The notes beneath the pieces were generated by a model. The model was not told the origin of the DNA. It did not search any database and saw only the letters and a program-made list of their open reading frames with translations. The translations under genes were made by a program, and so were the position numbers. Shown here in pieces: positions 1 to 12,644 of a DNA stretch of 64,000 nt. How positions within the stretch are numbered: position 1 is the first letter of the stretch; each line of letters opens with the position of its first letter. Origin of the DNA: Octopus vulgaris (lineage: Eukaryota); NCBI GenBank assembly GCA_951406725.2, contig OX597827.1:32302001-32366000 (forward strand). Reading direction: 5' to 3'.

Positions 1-416
1 TATTAATACTTGCAAAACGCAAAATGCAAGATGCAAGATGCAAGTATCTGTAAATCCTCAGCGTAGTCTGTCGTATTTCAAAACATATTTTACAGAACTA
101 TACACAGAAACGTTTTCCCAAAATATACAGTTCTACAAAATATATTTGTGGTACTTTTCAAATGCCTTCACTTTGGCGCGCTAGTGCCGAAAAACGACCC
201 TGCAGATAATAAATTACCGCAGTTAATTCACCGGTTTGAGAACATTACGTAGGTAATCGTTTTATTTTGTAAATTTTCATTTGCCTTGCTTATTTTTTAC
301 ATTTTGGCGTTTGCTGGTTTTTCTTTCTTGAGAACACACTTTTTATGGTAAGGCGATTTGACGTCTATTTCTAGCGTATAAGAATCCACTTTAGTGGTCA
401 TTCCTCTTATTAATTG

Positions 417-452
<36 letters not shown>

Positions 453-454
<2 letters not shown>

Positions 455-617
455 GACGGGCTTCTTTTCAGTTTCCGTCTACCAAATCCGCTCACAAGGA
501 TTTGGTCGGCCCAAGGCTATAGTAGAAAACATTTGCGCAAGGTGCCACGCAGTGGGGCTGAACCTGAGACCATATGGTTGGTAAACAAGCTGCTTACCAC
601 ACAGCCACTCCTGCGCC
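453..617 (-). mobile_element. tRNA-derived CORE-type SINE (octopus OR-like family A), 5' part
   Basis: Reverse complement reads GGCGCAGGAGTGGCTGTGTGGTAAG...GGTTCAGCCCC...GTGGCACCTTGCGCAAATG (A/B-box head plus CORE-like motif); many copies in the window. Confidence 0.8.
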
Positions 618-681
618 GAAATAGACTGTTCTGGGTTTTTTTAATTTTTTTTTTATAGGTGCTGAAATGTGTCTATTAAGA

Positions 682-842
682 ACAAATAAGATGATGATTT
701 ATTTTCGAACGCAGAGACGTCGTCAGAACAGCAGAAACAGTGAGTAAATTACCCTTAAAAAGCGGGGGAAATTTGTCAGCAACCTAATGTTTCTGCTGTC
801 CTAACACCGTCTCTGCGTTCGAAAATAACTTATCTTATTTGT
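682..842. repeat. Imperfect foldback inverted repeat, MITE-like
   Basis: TTATTTTCGAACGCAGAGACG...CAGCAGAAACA pairs with TGTTTCTGCTG...CGTCTCTGCGTTCGAAAATAA; arms about 55 bp. Confidence 0.75.
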
Positions 843-845
843 ATA

Positions 846-889
<44 letters not shown>

Positions 890-1084
890 TATATTACAAT
901 GTGTACAGCTGTGTATATTTGTAGAGATGTGTATGCATACGTATATGCATATACATTCATTTGCTGTTATTACTGACGAAACCACAAAGCTGTTCATAAT
1001 GCCAATAATAATAACAATAATATCATTGGAAATAACAGATTTCTAAATTTCTCTCTAAGACGGATTTATGCAGGAGCAGCACGA

Positions 1085-1296
1085 TAAAGTGATAGTATGT
1101 TGTCAACTTAATATGACAGTCCCATGAAAGGGAAGAATGCTACTGTTTAGCCCTAGGAAACACCGTTTCCTGTTGGACTTGACACATTTCCTGTGTTCTT
1201 ATGTTTTCAAAGTGGAAACGGTGTTTTCTAAATAACAGTAGCATTCTTCCCTTTTATGGGACTGTCACATTAAGTTGACAACATGCTGTCACTTTA
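1085..1296. repeat. Foldback element, family F copy 1
   Basis: Arm AAAGTGATAGTATGTTGTCAACTTAATATGACAGTCCCAT...GCTACTGTT has its reverse complement at about 1234-1296; core shared with 21918, 27699 and 48192. Confidence 0.8.
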
Positions 1297-1532
1297 ATAA
1301 TATCATCATTGAATGGAAAATGGCTAGTATCAATAAGCTTTGCAAAACAGCTTTTTCAACTGATCCCATAAGAACACTTTTGCATTTCATTCAGCATCTT
1401 CAGGACGTTCTTCTTTCAATTAAAGCACCATTTTATCACATCGATCGATATGGTTATTCAAAGATCTATTTCCAACAACAGATTTCGTAAGAAGTTATTA
1501 CCAGGGCAATTCTCACATCAATTTCTCTGCTC

Positions 1533-1569
<37 letters not shown>

Positions 1570-1578
1570 CTATATGTA

Positions 1579-1644
<66 letters not shown>

Positions 1645-1730
1645 ATAAGTATATGTATGTATATATACATATATATATATATATTGTGCGTGTATGTGTG
1701 TGTGTGCGTATATATATATATATATATATA

Positions 1731-3240
1731 TTGATAAAACGGTAAGATAACAAAAGAAAGAAAGAGACCTCAATATTATGTAAATAGAGGAAATTTATCT
1801 ATACAATATGTTACATTACTCGGTAGTCAAGGTAAAACTCTGAGTTTCAGATGCCGAAGTGGAAATCCACAACACCATCTCTTCGGTTATCTGGCTATTT
1901 GAAAACGTTATGAAAAAATACCGTTAAATAAAGGGAAATTACTCTGTTATAACTCTGCTTGCCTGCGTACTTATACATCGCTCGCATTTTTCGTCATAAA
2001 AATTATATAAAAATACATAAAAAATATATAAAAAATATATAAAAAATATATAAATTCTTCTTGGGACATAACATAGAAAGCACGTTCTATCTGTTTTCTT
2101 TAGGGGACCAAAAACGTAACAGAAACTTAGTCACATGTGGGCATGATCCGAAAAGCTCTGTCCTTGTATTTAGACATGTAGTAGGGTCTAAGCTGCTTTT
2201 CCAGATAAGCCATCTCTCCATGTCGCATAGACCGCACCTTCCGCTGCCGTTAGTATAGGGCTTACATCTGGCCAAAATCTTCCATTGTATGTTATAATCG
2301 ACACCTTTATCTCTTAAAGACCAAATATGATTAGACAATTGTGTCGCTTTTCTTTTGTTCCAGTGCCTAAAGCTCAAAGTGTGGTTATTGAACCTGGCCT
2401 TGAAATTACCCTCTGTAAGGCCCACGTATTTCTTCGTCGAAACGGTGTCTTTAGTGGTTATAGAGTTTACGGTAGCTTCATATATGATGGTCTTGGACAT
2501 GCAAGTTCCATTTATCGGGCACAATTCTTTATTCCTGCATGAACAGCTGTTTTCTTCTTGTGTTTTTTGTATGTTATGTTTGATTATGTTTTTAAAATTG
2601 GTAGTTGAACTAAAACTAATTTTTAAATTGTGTCTATTGAAGAGTTTCCTATAAGTATGGTTAACTGGAAAATGTCTATCTATCAGTGCTAGGAAATATT
2701 TACCTATATTGAAGGCCACCTCGGGTGAGTAAGGGGGCGTAAACCAGATGACCTTCCTATTTCTATTATTCCTTTTCTTTACTGTTGGGCTAGTGATAGG
2801 TGTATATTTTATTTTATCGCTAAAACCACTATCTTTTAAAGCCTTATTATAAACTGGGGCAACGCTATTGAAGATGTCCTCATCAGATGAGAGGGTAGAA
2901 ATCCTCTTACTAATATTTTTAACTAAATTTTTGAATACTATAGGGGGATGGCATGAACCTACATTAATGTAACTTAGTCTATTATTGGGCTTCCTATAAG
3001 GCTTATAAATATTCTTATTAAGATCTAAGGAAACGTCTAAGAAATTGACAACCGTCAAGTTAGTATCTATAGTTATACTAAGTCCGAAGTGCTTCATTAA
3101 CTTCATTAATATCCTTCCTAAAACGATCTTGTGCTGGTCCATTTGTATTAGCTGTTAAGGCGAGGGCATCATCTTTGTAGATGGCGAAATGTACGTTAGG
3201 GAATGTCTTACCTAAGGTATCTAGGAGAAAAAGTCCTATA
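1731..3240 (-). mobile_element. 5'-truncated Penelope-like retroelement, Naiad type (RT end plus GIY-YIG endonuclease), flanked by (AT)n
   Basis: YKDD RT motif in the 3078-3278 frame, frameshift near 3110, then ORF 2087-3142 with VNFLDV, YRKP, WFTPPYS, CSCxxxxxCPxxGxC, IIY...YVG, CxxC and LNxRxEL. Confidence 0.9.
1831..1891 (-). ncRNA. Degenerate type I hammerhead ribozyme motif in the PLE 3' region
   Basis: Minus strand GATAA-CCGAAGA-GATG...CATCT-GAAA-CTCAGAG-TT-TTACC; U4C change, one extra base before GAAA, one stem I mismatch. Confidence 0.55.
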
Positions 3241-3247
3241 TATATAT

Positions 3248-3297
3248 ATGGCGGTGCCCCAGCATGGCCACAGCTCAAGAGCTGAAACTGGAAAACA
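3248..3297 (+). mobile_element. Isolated 3' tail of the CR1/L2-group LINE within (AT)n
   Basis: ATGGCGGTGCCCCAGCATGGCCACAGCTC..GAGCTGAAACT matches the LINE end at 54056-54100. Confidence 0.8.
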
Positions 3298-3305
3298 TAA
3301 ACATA

Positions 3306-3368
<63 letters not shown>

Positions 3369-3524
3369 AGCATATATATAGTTGTGTACAATAAACAGAT
3401 TTCGAAGCGCTCGTCTATATTCGGGCGCAGAAACCCTTTCACTACGTGACGAAAATAATCAACAAAGAAAATATATATATTTATCTATATATATATGCAT
3501 CTTTATATAAATGTATATGTATAT

Positions 3525-3566
<42 letters not shown>

Positions 3567-3647
3567 GCATATACATATACTTATATATATATACACATAT
3601 ACATATATATATATACACATATACATATATATATATATATATATACT

Positions 3648-3695
<48 letters not shown>

Positions 3696-3708
3696 CATGC
3701 ATATATAT

Positions 3709-3755
<47 letters not shown>

Positions 3756-4643
3756 CATACATATATATGTATACATGTATATGCATATATATATTTACAT
3801 TCATCTATATATGCACATGCATGTGCACACTTATTTGCACACATGCATGTATGCATGCATAGATATATGCATATATATATATGTGTGTGTGTGTATCTTG
3901 TATCTATGAAAGTACACATACCTATCTCTCTCTGTGCGTGTGTGTACGTGCGTAGTGCGCATGCATGACAGCCAATACGATTCCTCGTTATTTCGCTCGT
4001 TCGCAGAAAGTTTGGTACGATATCATGAGTATCAGCAGAACGCCAAAATGCCAACGTTTCTTAATCGACTCTCAAGATTTATTACATTTTTCAAGCAACT
4101 CAGTCGATAAATTGATTTCGTCTACTTGAAATCTAAACAGACCATGTTTACAGACTCACTTCCACATCTGCGTTGATCGGAACTGAACTCTAAATATAAA
4201 TACAAACTCTCAAAACCAATACTTCATTTTAACGCAATCCTTGAGAATTCCTTCCAAACATAATGGCTGTGTAATAGCCTTGTCAGCGTTTGACAAGACA
4301 AACGCCATCCCTGCCTACTTGGTTTAGGCATGTACGGTTCTGTATGACATCCATTTGTCATCCATACACAAAGCTTTACGAATGCATATATACGTGTATG
4401 TATGCATGTGTCTATGCATGTTTCTATGTATGCATGACCGTGTGTACATATGTATGGCTTTATGTATATATGTAGGTACGTATGTATGTATGAACGGATG
4501 GATGGAGGGAGGGAGGGAGAGAAGGAGGGAAGAATTTAAGGCTGGATGTCAGGATGGAAGAATGAATTGATGGGGTGCGTAAGTATATATGTACATCTAT
4601 GTACGTATGTATGTATGTATATATGCGCGTGTATATATGTAGA

Positions 4644-5049
4644 CTAGCACTAACACCCGGCGTTACCGGGTTTAGTGCTAGTGCTTGTTCGTTGCCGGGT
4701 CGCAGTAAAAATTTCTCACTAAATCAAGAGCTAAGTTTCTTATCGCATTTCAGCCCGGGCCAGTTTTGTTGTTTATGAGCTAGTTGGAGCTTTTTATGAG
4801 AGTAATTAATATACATTGGATTTCGGCATCACCGTTATTCCCATAAATTATGGGCATAAGGGGTCGGTTTATCGATTGTTTAATGGCTTTCTGGGGTGAC
4901 TGGGCAAATGAAAAGATCTTCACGACCACCCTCAGACAGTTTTGAAAGCCCATAGAAAATGCGAGTCTTTTACGTGAAAAACTGGATTTGTATAAAGGAC
5001 ACGCAGACACACAGATACACAGACATTTTGCCGTTTATAGATATAGAGA
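4644..5049 (-). mobile_element. Non-autonomous Helitron
   Basis: Minus strand starts TCTCTATATCTATAAACGGC and ends CCCGGTAACGCCGGG hairpin...CTAG; inserted between A and T. Confidence 0.8.
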
Positions 5050-5518
5050 TTATATATACGTGTGTATGCGTAAATATATGAATGTTTATATTTATCTATT
5101 TATGTACGTATATATATTTGTGTTTGCGTGTATGTATGTATGTATGTATGTATGTATGTATGTATGTATGTATGTATGTATGCATGAATGTATGTATGTA
5201 TGTATGTATGTATGTATTATTCATGTATGCAAGCTTGTATTTATGCATAAAGGTAGACAGGTATGGACGTTTGCATGAATATATCCGGGTGCTCAACGGT
5301 ACAGGAATTCCTAGAGCTAAAGAAGAAAATGTGTGTATGCACCCACATGGTTAAGTGTATTAATATAAATATATCTTTTTATATAATACTCTAATATATT
5401 TTCAGCATCATTTGTGTGGTGGAGTGTAACAAAAATACGTATTCAGAAAATCACATCTTTATTGTAGAATTCATCTTATAAAGCCGACAATTGTTACTCG
5501 CGTCTGATTGTTGGATAT

Positions 5519-6777
5519 ATCAGATTTAGTAAAAAGCAAGCAAAGATTTGAACCATGAAGAACTTGTACCGGATTTTTGCAGAGTTTTGAATTTTTTAAG
5601 CATTTTTTTTTTTTGCAATTGTCTGATAATACAGACATAGACTTGCGCAAATGCATCAATAAATTAACATTGATATTTTTTCATCGTTGTTACAATCATC
5701 TGAAATGGAACTGTCAAGGCGCGATATTCGAGCAATTTTGCTATTTAATTTCAAAAAGGGGTGTAAAGTAGCTGAAACTGCGCGCGACATCAACGAAATG
5801 CTTGGTGAGGAAATGAACAGTGAGTGGTCAGCTCGAAAATGGCTTATACGATTTCGCAGTGGAGATCTGAGCCTTGAAGATCGTGAGTGTAGTGGACATC
5901 CATCTGTCGTCGATGACAGTCAATTAAAGACCGTCATTGAGAAAGATCCACGTAAAACCACTCGAGAACTGGCAAAAGTACTTCACATTAGCTAGAAAAC
6001 TGCCTGCAACCATTTGCATGCGATCGGAAAATTAAAAACCTCGACAAATGGATACCACACGATTTGAATGAAAATCAGAAAATGCGCAGATATGAAATTT
6101 GCTCGTCGCTTCTTCTCCGAAACCAGACCGATCCATTTCTTGACTGTATTGTAACTTGTGATGAAAAGTGGAATTCTGTACAATAATAAAACATTCTTCG
6201 TAGTGGTTGGACCAAAATGAAAACCCGAAAACTTTCCCTAAACCTGATCTCTTCAAAAAGAAGCCTATGGTGACTGTTTGGTAGTGTACTGCTGGACTCA
6301 TCCACTATAACTTCTTAAAACCCGGGAAACCATTACTGCAGAAACATATTGCCATGAAATCGCAAAAATGAACTGGTCAAAAGAAGAGGGCCAATCATTC
6401 TTCATGACAATGGTTGACCACACGTTTTACTAACGACGCTGCAGAAGTTGAGAAAACTTGGCTACGAAGTTCTTCCCCGCCCAGCTTATCCCTAGACCTT
6501 TCTCCTACCGACAACTACTTTTTCAAGCACCTTGATGGTTTCCTGCGAGAGAGGGAGTTCAAAAATCAAACACCGATGCTGAAAGTGCTTTGAATGAGTT
6601 CATCAGCCCCAGGACTCCAGAGTTTTATGTTACCGGAATAAACAAACTTGTAACTCGTTGGCAAAATGTGTTGATTGTAATGGTAATTACTTTGATGAAT
6701 AAACTTTCTGCATTGTTGAAATATATTGTGATGAATTTCATGTTTTAAAACGTCACTTACTTTTTACTCAGTTTACG
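5519..6777 (+). mobile_element. Decayed full-length mariner (Tc1/mariner) transposon
   Basis: Transposase remnant 5705-6702 (HTH region, WIPH, VTCDEKW, LHDN, SPTD-YF) with stops and frameshifts; TIR-like AGTAAAAAGCAAG / CTTACTTTTTACT; length about 1.26 kb. Confidence 0.88.
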
Positions 6778-6816
6778 AAATTCGTTTAAAACTGGCTGCT
6801 TTACTGAGATCTGCCA

Positions 6817-6859
<43 letters not shown>

Positions 6860-7480
6860 GAGAGAGAGAGAGAGAAAAAGAGATGGAGAGAGACATACAT
6901 ACAAACATGCATACATACATGCATAAACATATATATGCATGCATTTTTATATGTGTATATATTTATATATGTACGTATGTATATAAATGTATGTATGTAC
7001 AGCAAGCGACAGTGAGAGAGAGAGAGAAACATAAAGAGAGATAGAGATAAATCAGAGGATTAGGTAAATTTTGTTCTCATTGCAAGCTTCCAATCATACA
7101 GTGTAGGAGAGAGAAGACGAAAGTAAAGCTTAAAAGCCATATTAACAGAAGGGAACCGAAACAGGATAACAGGTATCAATCAAAAAAGGTGTTGAAAATG
7201 TCGTCCACCTCCTTCTGTATTAATACCATTTAAACAACGTAATTACATGACACCGTATGCACAAGAGTAATCATGTAACACCACAAAGCAGACAGGCTAT
7301 TAACATTATAGCAATAGGCAGAGCAATAAACTTTCCAAGACAGCAGCAGCCGTAGCGGATGATAACCTGAAAATATCAATTTCTATGCGACGTCTTCGTT
7401 TCACAAGCCACGCCATTTTCTATTATATATTTATTGCATATACATATGTGTGTGTGTGTGTGTGTTTGTTTGTGTGTATG

Positions 7481-7527
<47 letters not shown>

Positions 7528-7935
7528 ATATATATAAGTATATGTGTATGTGTACGTGTGTGTATATATATATGTATGTATTTATGTTTGTATTTATGTA
7601 TACATTTACTTATGTATGTATGTATGTATGTATGTATGTATGTATGTATGTATGTATGTATGCATGTATGTAAATGTGTAATTTAGATGAAGACAGGCCA
7701 TAGGCTATTCTACTTGTGAGACTCTTCCCAAAGGATTTACGATCGTATCAAAACCATTCAGCACCTTGACAGGAATCGTCCTTAATTTTGAGGGGCTCTG
7801 GGCACTGCTAACCATATGCAAACATATATGCACACATACACACACACACACACGCACGCACGCGCGCACCACACATATATGCATTTGTGTGGCATGTTTA
7901 GAAGTGGAAACACAAGGTATAGTCTATTCAAACTT

Positions 7936-8244
7936 CTAAAGCTGAACCCTCCTGATTTCGTGCGATCACGCGGGTGAGAAGTGTCTAAATGAAGAAAAGT
8001 GTAAAACGTTGCTAATGCTTGAATGGATATGCCCATAACTTATGGGTATAAGGGATCGGTTTATCGATTTTTTAATGGCATTCTGGGGTGACTGGGAAAA
8101 TGAAAAGATCTTCATGACCACCCTTAGACAGTTTTGAAAGCCCAAAGAAAGGTGTGAGCTTTTTACGTGAAAAACTGTGGATTTGTATAAAGGACACATA
8201 GACACACAGATACACAGACATTTTGCCGTTTATAGATATAGAGA
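7936..8244 (-). mobile_element. Non-autonomous Helitron related to 4644-5049
   Basis: 8031-8244 closely matches 4841-5049, including the 5' TC terminus; 3' end degenerate. Confidence 0.7.
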
Positions 8245-8249
8245 TGGCC

Positions 8250-8432
8250 TGAAATTTTGTGGGAGGGAGCTAGTCTATTACATTAACCCTAGTATTTCAC
8301 TGATACTTATTTTATCCACCCCGTAATTTGACCACGGTGGTATTTGACCCTACAATGTAAAGCCTGATGAAATACCGCTCTCTATTCTCTCCGAACTGTT
8401 GTTAACGATTCTGCCAGCTCGCCGCCTTAAGG
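8250..8432 (-). mobile_element. tRNA-derived SINE family B (Nin/Deu-domain-like), degraded
   Basis: Reverse complement of the AAGGCGGCGAGCTGGCAGAATCGTT head; same family as 42626 and 60645. Confidence 0.65.
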
Positions 8433-9116
8433 GGCGATAATACTAATGATAATTCATAGAGCGTAGTTAATGTCTCTGGTTCAAAATTTTGGATGGTCAA
8501 GGAACACCACTCTGATGAAAACATACAGGGTTATCTCTTGTAACATGAAATGTTTCCTTTATTTGTAATCACTCAGCAAAATTCTGTATCTGTTTATCGC
8601 CAGTTGTAGTTGAAACGAGATACAAAAATGTCTACGATTGGCATGCCGGGCACCTTTTAACTCTACTGGCGTAGGATGTGCAGATCTATTATACTCCAAA
8701 AAATATCCTTGGGTTTACAGACATAACTCGAAAGAGGTGGTGTCGAATATAATCCTTGATCTCAAGGAGTTTGTGTGCTAGTTGAGTCTGTCTTTAATGG
8801 AGTACGCAGTGAGTCCAGAATAAGTTTTTGAATAACATTCTCTGTGGCTCTTTATATCATCGCTATCAAGAGCCATGGTCCATTGAGCACGTTTATAGTT
8901 CTGAGTGGATCTACCTTTAATAATTAAGAGTTAGAGTGTGGGTGAGAAGTTAGTGAGTACACTCACAACAGCAAGTTTATAAAGGGGAGCAAATCAACAA
9001 AATCACCAGTGCAGTGTTCTTTTGAATGCTTGCGGATGCGAGTGCATATAAAATATGGATTCATATATATTAATAAATATTAATTACTTAATTCTTAAGT
9101 ATCATTTCGCATGCAT

Positions 9117-9143
<27 letters not shown>

Positions 9144-9147
<4 letters not shown>

Positions 9148-10061
9148 TTCCCCTCTACCAATGTAGGGACGATACAACCTCGAGACAACGAATAAGTAAA
9201 GAAACTCTCTTTATTACAAAATACAGGCCACTTCTTAACGGGTCTACGACAAACGATTAATATACCTCAACTTTAGAATAAAAGAAATATACACACACAA
9301 ATATTACATTCCAAAGAATCTATTACAAATCAGCCCCAATCACAGCTATAATCCATAACATGCCAACTTCAAGTCATACAACACCTCACTACTTTCACCC
9401 ATTCATATTCTCCCTTCTCTGTTTTCTTCTTCTTCTTCCTCCTCTTCTTCTTCATCATCGTCATTATCAACATCATCGTCGTCATCATCACCATCATCAT
9501 CATCATCTTCTTCTTCTCCTTCTCCTTCTTCTTCTTCTTCATCATCATCATCATCAACATCGTCATCTTCTTCTTCTTCTTCTTCTTCTTCTTCTTCTTC
9601 TTCTTCTTCTTCTTCTTCTTCTTCTTCTTCTTCTTCTCCACCTTCTACCTCTTAACTTTATCACTAATGCCCTCTAGTATAACACCTACGCAAATTCCAT
9701 AAACCAACCTTTCAATAGAAATATTCTCCTGAATTGAACTGCAACTGACCATTCAAAATACGATAATCAAGGCACTCCCAAATTTCTCCACCCCTTCTCC
9801 TCATCATCCCTCTTCTCCTTCTACCCTACCAAGAATTCACAACGACCTCGAACACACAAGTGCAAACAAGGGAGTCAGAGAAAGGCAGAATGCCACTAAA
9901 ATTTGAAAGCTATACAAATATTCCTTTAAAAAAACTTTTCTTCTAATTTTTCTAAATTTAATTATTTAATCGTTACAGTTGAAAAGGTCTCAAAATGACC
10001 GAAACCGGTACTGAAATGTTCTTTATAAAATTATTTTAGCATTTTCTATTTTGACTTGTTT

Positions 10062-10065
<4 letters not shown>
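9144..10065 (+). mobile_element. Short 3' remnant of a Neptune-type PLE with a (CTT/CAT)n tract and a degenerate HHR
   Basis: 9144-9260 translates IFPLYQCRDDTTSRQRISKETLFITKYRPLLNGS, a GIY-YIG C-terminus similar to the 33.9 kb copy; (AT)n on both sides. Confidence 0.7.
9973..10016 (+). ncRNA. Degenerate minimal type I hammerhead ribozyme
   Basis: CAG-TTGAAAA-GGTC tcaaaat GACC-GAAA-CCGG-TA-CTG; palindromic stem III (ACCGGT); two core changes from CTGANGA. Confidence 0.55.
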
Positions 10066-10112
<47 letters not shown>

Positions 10113-10120
10113 ACGTATGG

Positions 10121-10226
<106 letters not shown>

Positions 10227-10269
10227 TAGATAGATAGATAGTATACATACATACATATGTATGTATGCG

Positions 10270-10324
<55 letters not shown>

Positions 10325-10330
<6 letters not shown>

Positions 10331-10459
10331 TATATAGAAGGAGCTTCTACAGGACTAGAACTGTTTCATTCAAGAGAAATCTTCAGGAAGCTGCTTCCTG
10401 AAGATTTCTCTTGAATGAAACAGTTCTAGTCCTGTAGAAGCTCCTTCTATATAATAAAT
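10325..10459. repeat. Perfect palindrome (67-bp arms, 1-nt axis at 10392) carrying a hammerhead on each strand
   Basis: Arms are exact reverse complements; bordered by (AT)n. Confidence 0.92.
10393..10441 (+). ncRNA. Type I hammerhead ribozyme (mirror copy at 10343-10391, minus strand)
   Basis: GCTTC-CTGAAGA-tTTCtcttGAAt-GAAA-CAG ttctagtc CTG-TA-GAAGC; GUA triplet, predicted cut after 10436; 10.1/11.1 is U-U rather than G-C. Confidence 0.75.
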
Positions 10460-10525
10460 TAATTTTACTCTGCTATGTATTGAGTACCTTATTTACTGTG
10501 GTTAACCCCGAATCAACCCGGGACC

Positions 10526-10576
<51 letters not shown>

Positions 10577-11165
10577 TTATGAGTAAAATAGCTAGATGTA
10601 AAATTTCACGAAGAGACGAGAGTAGCAGCTATACTAAACATAAATACATGCGCTTGTGCGTGTACATATTTATATGTGTGTGTAACTTGAAATTCACTGT
10701 TCATATGTAGCCTTTCCTGATGAGTGAACTCGGCAAGAGGAACATTATTTAAACGAAGTAGGGAGACCAGCTGCTCCGGCTGTAGAAACTTGCACTCTTT
10801 TCTATGTGTTAAATTATATGACTTTAATATTTCTATAAGGATTTTTGTAATTGTTGTTGCATGTACTTTTAACTAATAATGAATAGTTTAATATGCTCTT
10901 TTCTGTCGACCACTTTGAGCTACGGAACTGCATTGGGTTGAAATTCACAGGAAAACCATCTGCTGCTTTCCATTGTAATACTGATCGCTTTTAGGCTGTA
11001 CGTTATAGATGAGTATGTTTAACGGGGTGTTTGAGTCCGTATACACACGCACACACACACTAACGCACACACACACACACACATACACGCGCGCACACAC
11101 AGACTCATATATATAAATATTTATATACATATATATACGTAGATAGATATAAAAATATATGTATA

Positions 11166-11210
<45 letters not shown>

Positions 11211-11514
11211 ATACACATATATAGAAACACGTAAACATACGTATATGTGTATCAGAATATTTCTTACTCCTTTTTCCTGCATGTGTGTGTGTGTATGGGA
11301 GCATTCGCATGGGGTCATACCTACATATGTTGAAATATAGACATACTCATATATACAAACATACGCCTCCACTCACATATGCATACTTGCATGCATATGT
11401 AAAAAGATTGACAGACAGACAAACAGACCGACAGACAAACAGTCAGAAAGACAGAGACAGACAGACAGACACATAGATAGACACACATACAGACATACAG
11501 ACAGACATACAGTC

Positions 11515-11623
<109 letters not shown>

Positions 11624-11624
11624 T

Positions 11625-12406
11625 GTTTCTTTATTAGCCACACAGGGCTGCACACAGACGGGACAAATTACAAGGTAGAGCTTTTCTTTTTGGGGATAAA
11701 AAAGGGGGTTTGGTTTTCAATCAAAAGGGGGTCGTAAAAGGAAAGAGAGAGGAAAGCAAAAAAAGGAGGGGATAAAAAGTGAAAAGAAAAAGAAAAAAAT
11801 CGATCAATAGGGATCGTTATCACAGAAATGTCAATATAAAGTGTAAAGGGGGGGACAGGTGAGGTTTACCCTTGAAAGAAAAGCCTATGGAAAAGACCAC
11901 GGTAACCTCGGTCAAGCAACTCTCTATATTAATTTTTACGGTTCATAGGATCATAGTCAAGGTGGCTTCGTCATTCATACGTGCCATCCTTGCTACATTC
12001 ATCCATCTTTTTTTAAAACATTCACTAGACAAAACTTGCCTCTCTACTCTCACTTTCCTCTTCAAGTTGATGAGAGACTTACCAGAGAGGAAAGTGTTTG
12101 TCTCTAATCCTTTCAGGCGCGTCCACCAAATACATTCTTTCGCCATAGCCACAAGTATGATAAAAATAGCTCTTCCTTCCCGTTTGAAGGAAAGAGGCGT
12201 GACAATATTAACGATAGACTCGTCTGATAAACCGACACGTCCCACACGTGACAACAGTCGTTCGACATAAGCCCACAGGTCGGAGATTGTTGGACACTGC
12301 ACGATTGCGTGCAGAACGGTTTCGTCGCTCTGCCCGCATCTCCGGCAGGTCGGCCCCGTGTTTCTCGCGCTTCTCGGTAGCACTGCCAGGCCAGGGATCT
12401 CTGGAA
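11625..12406 (-). mobile_element. 3' fragment of a Tx1/L1-clade LINE (CCHC zinc finger plus 3' UTR)
   Basis: ORF 11943-12512 contains CRRCGQSDETVLHAIVQC and IWWTR; ends AATAAAGAAAC next to (TAGA)n. Confidence 0.8.
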
Positions 12407-12640
12407 GTTTCTTTATTAGCCAGACAGGGCCGAACACAGAGGGGACAAAATACAATGTAGAGTTTTTCTTTTTGAAAATAGACAAAAAAGGAGAAAATAA
12501 ATTTCTGATCAAAAGGGATCGAGTTAAAAAAAAGCGATCAAAAGGGATCGTGCATCACAGAAAATATCGTAAATGTTTTAAAAAAACAGATTAGGTTTAT
12601 CTGTGTAAAAGACCCTGGTAACATTAGGCAGGGAGGAAAA
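12407..12640 (-). mobile_element. Second tandem 3' UTR of the same Tx1/L1 family
   Basis: Repeats GTTTCTTTATTAGCCA.ACAGGGC...GGGACAAA seen at 11625. Confidence 0.7.
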
Positions 12641-12644
12641 ATCA

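Noticed and set aside
682-740. Hammerhead in the 682-842 foldback (CTGACGA...GAAA on the minus strand)
   Set aside because: Stem I cannot form and the spacing before GAAA is wrong.
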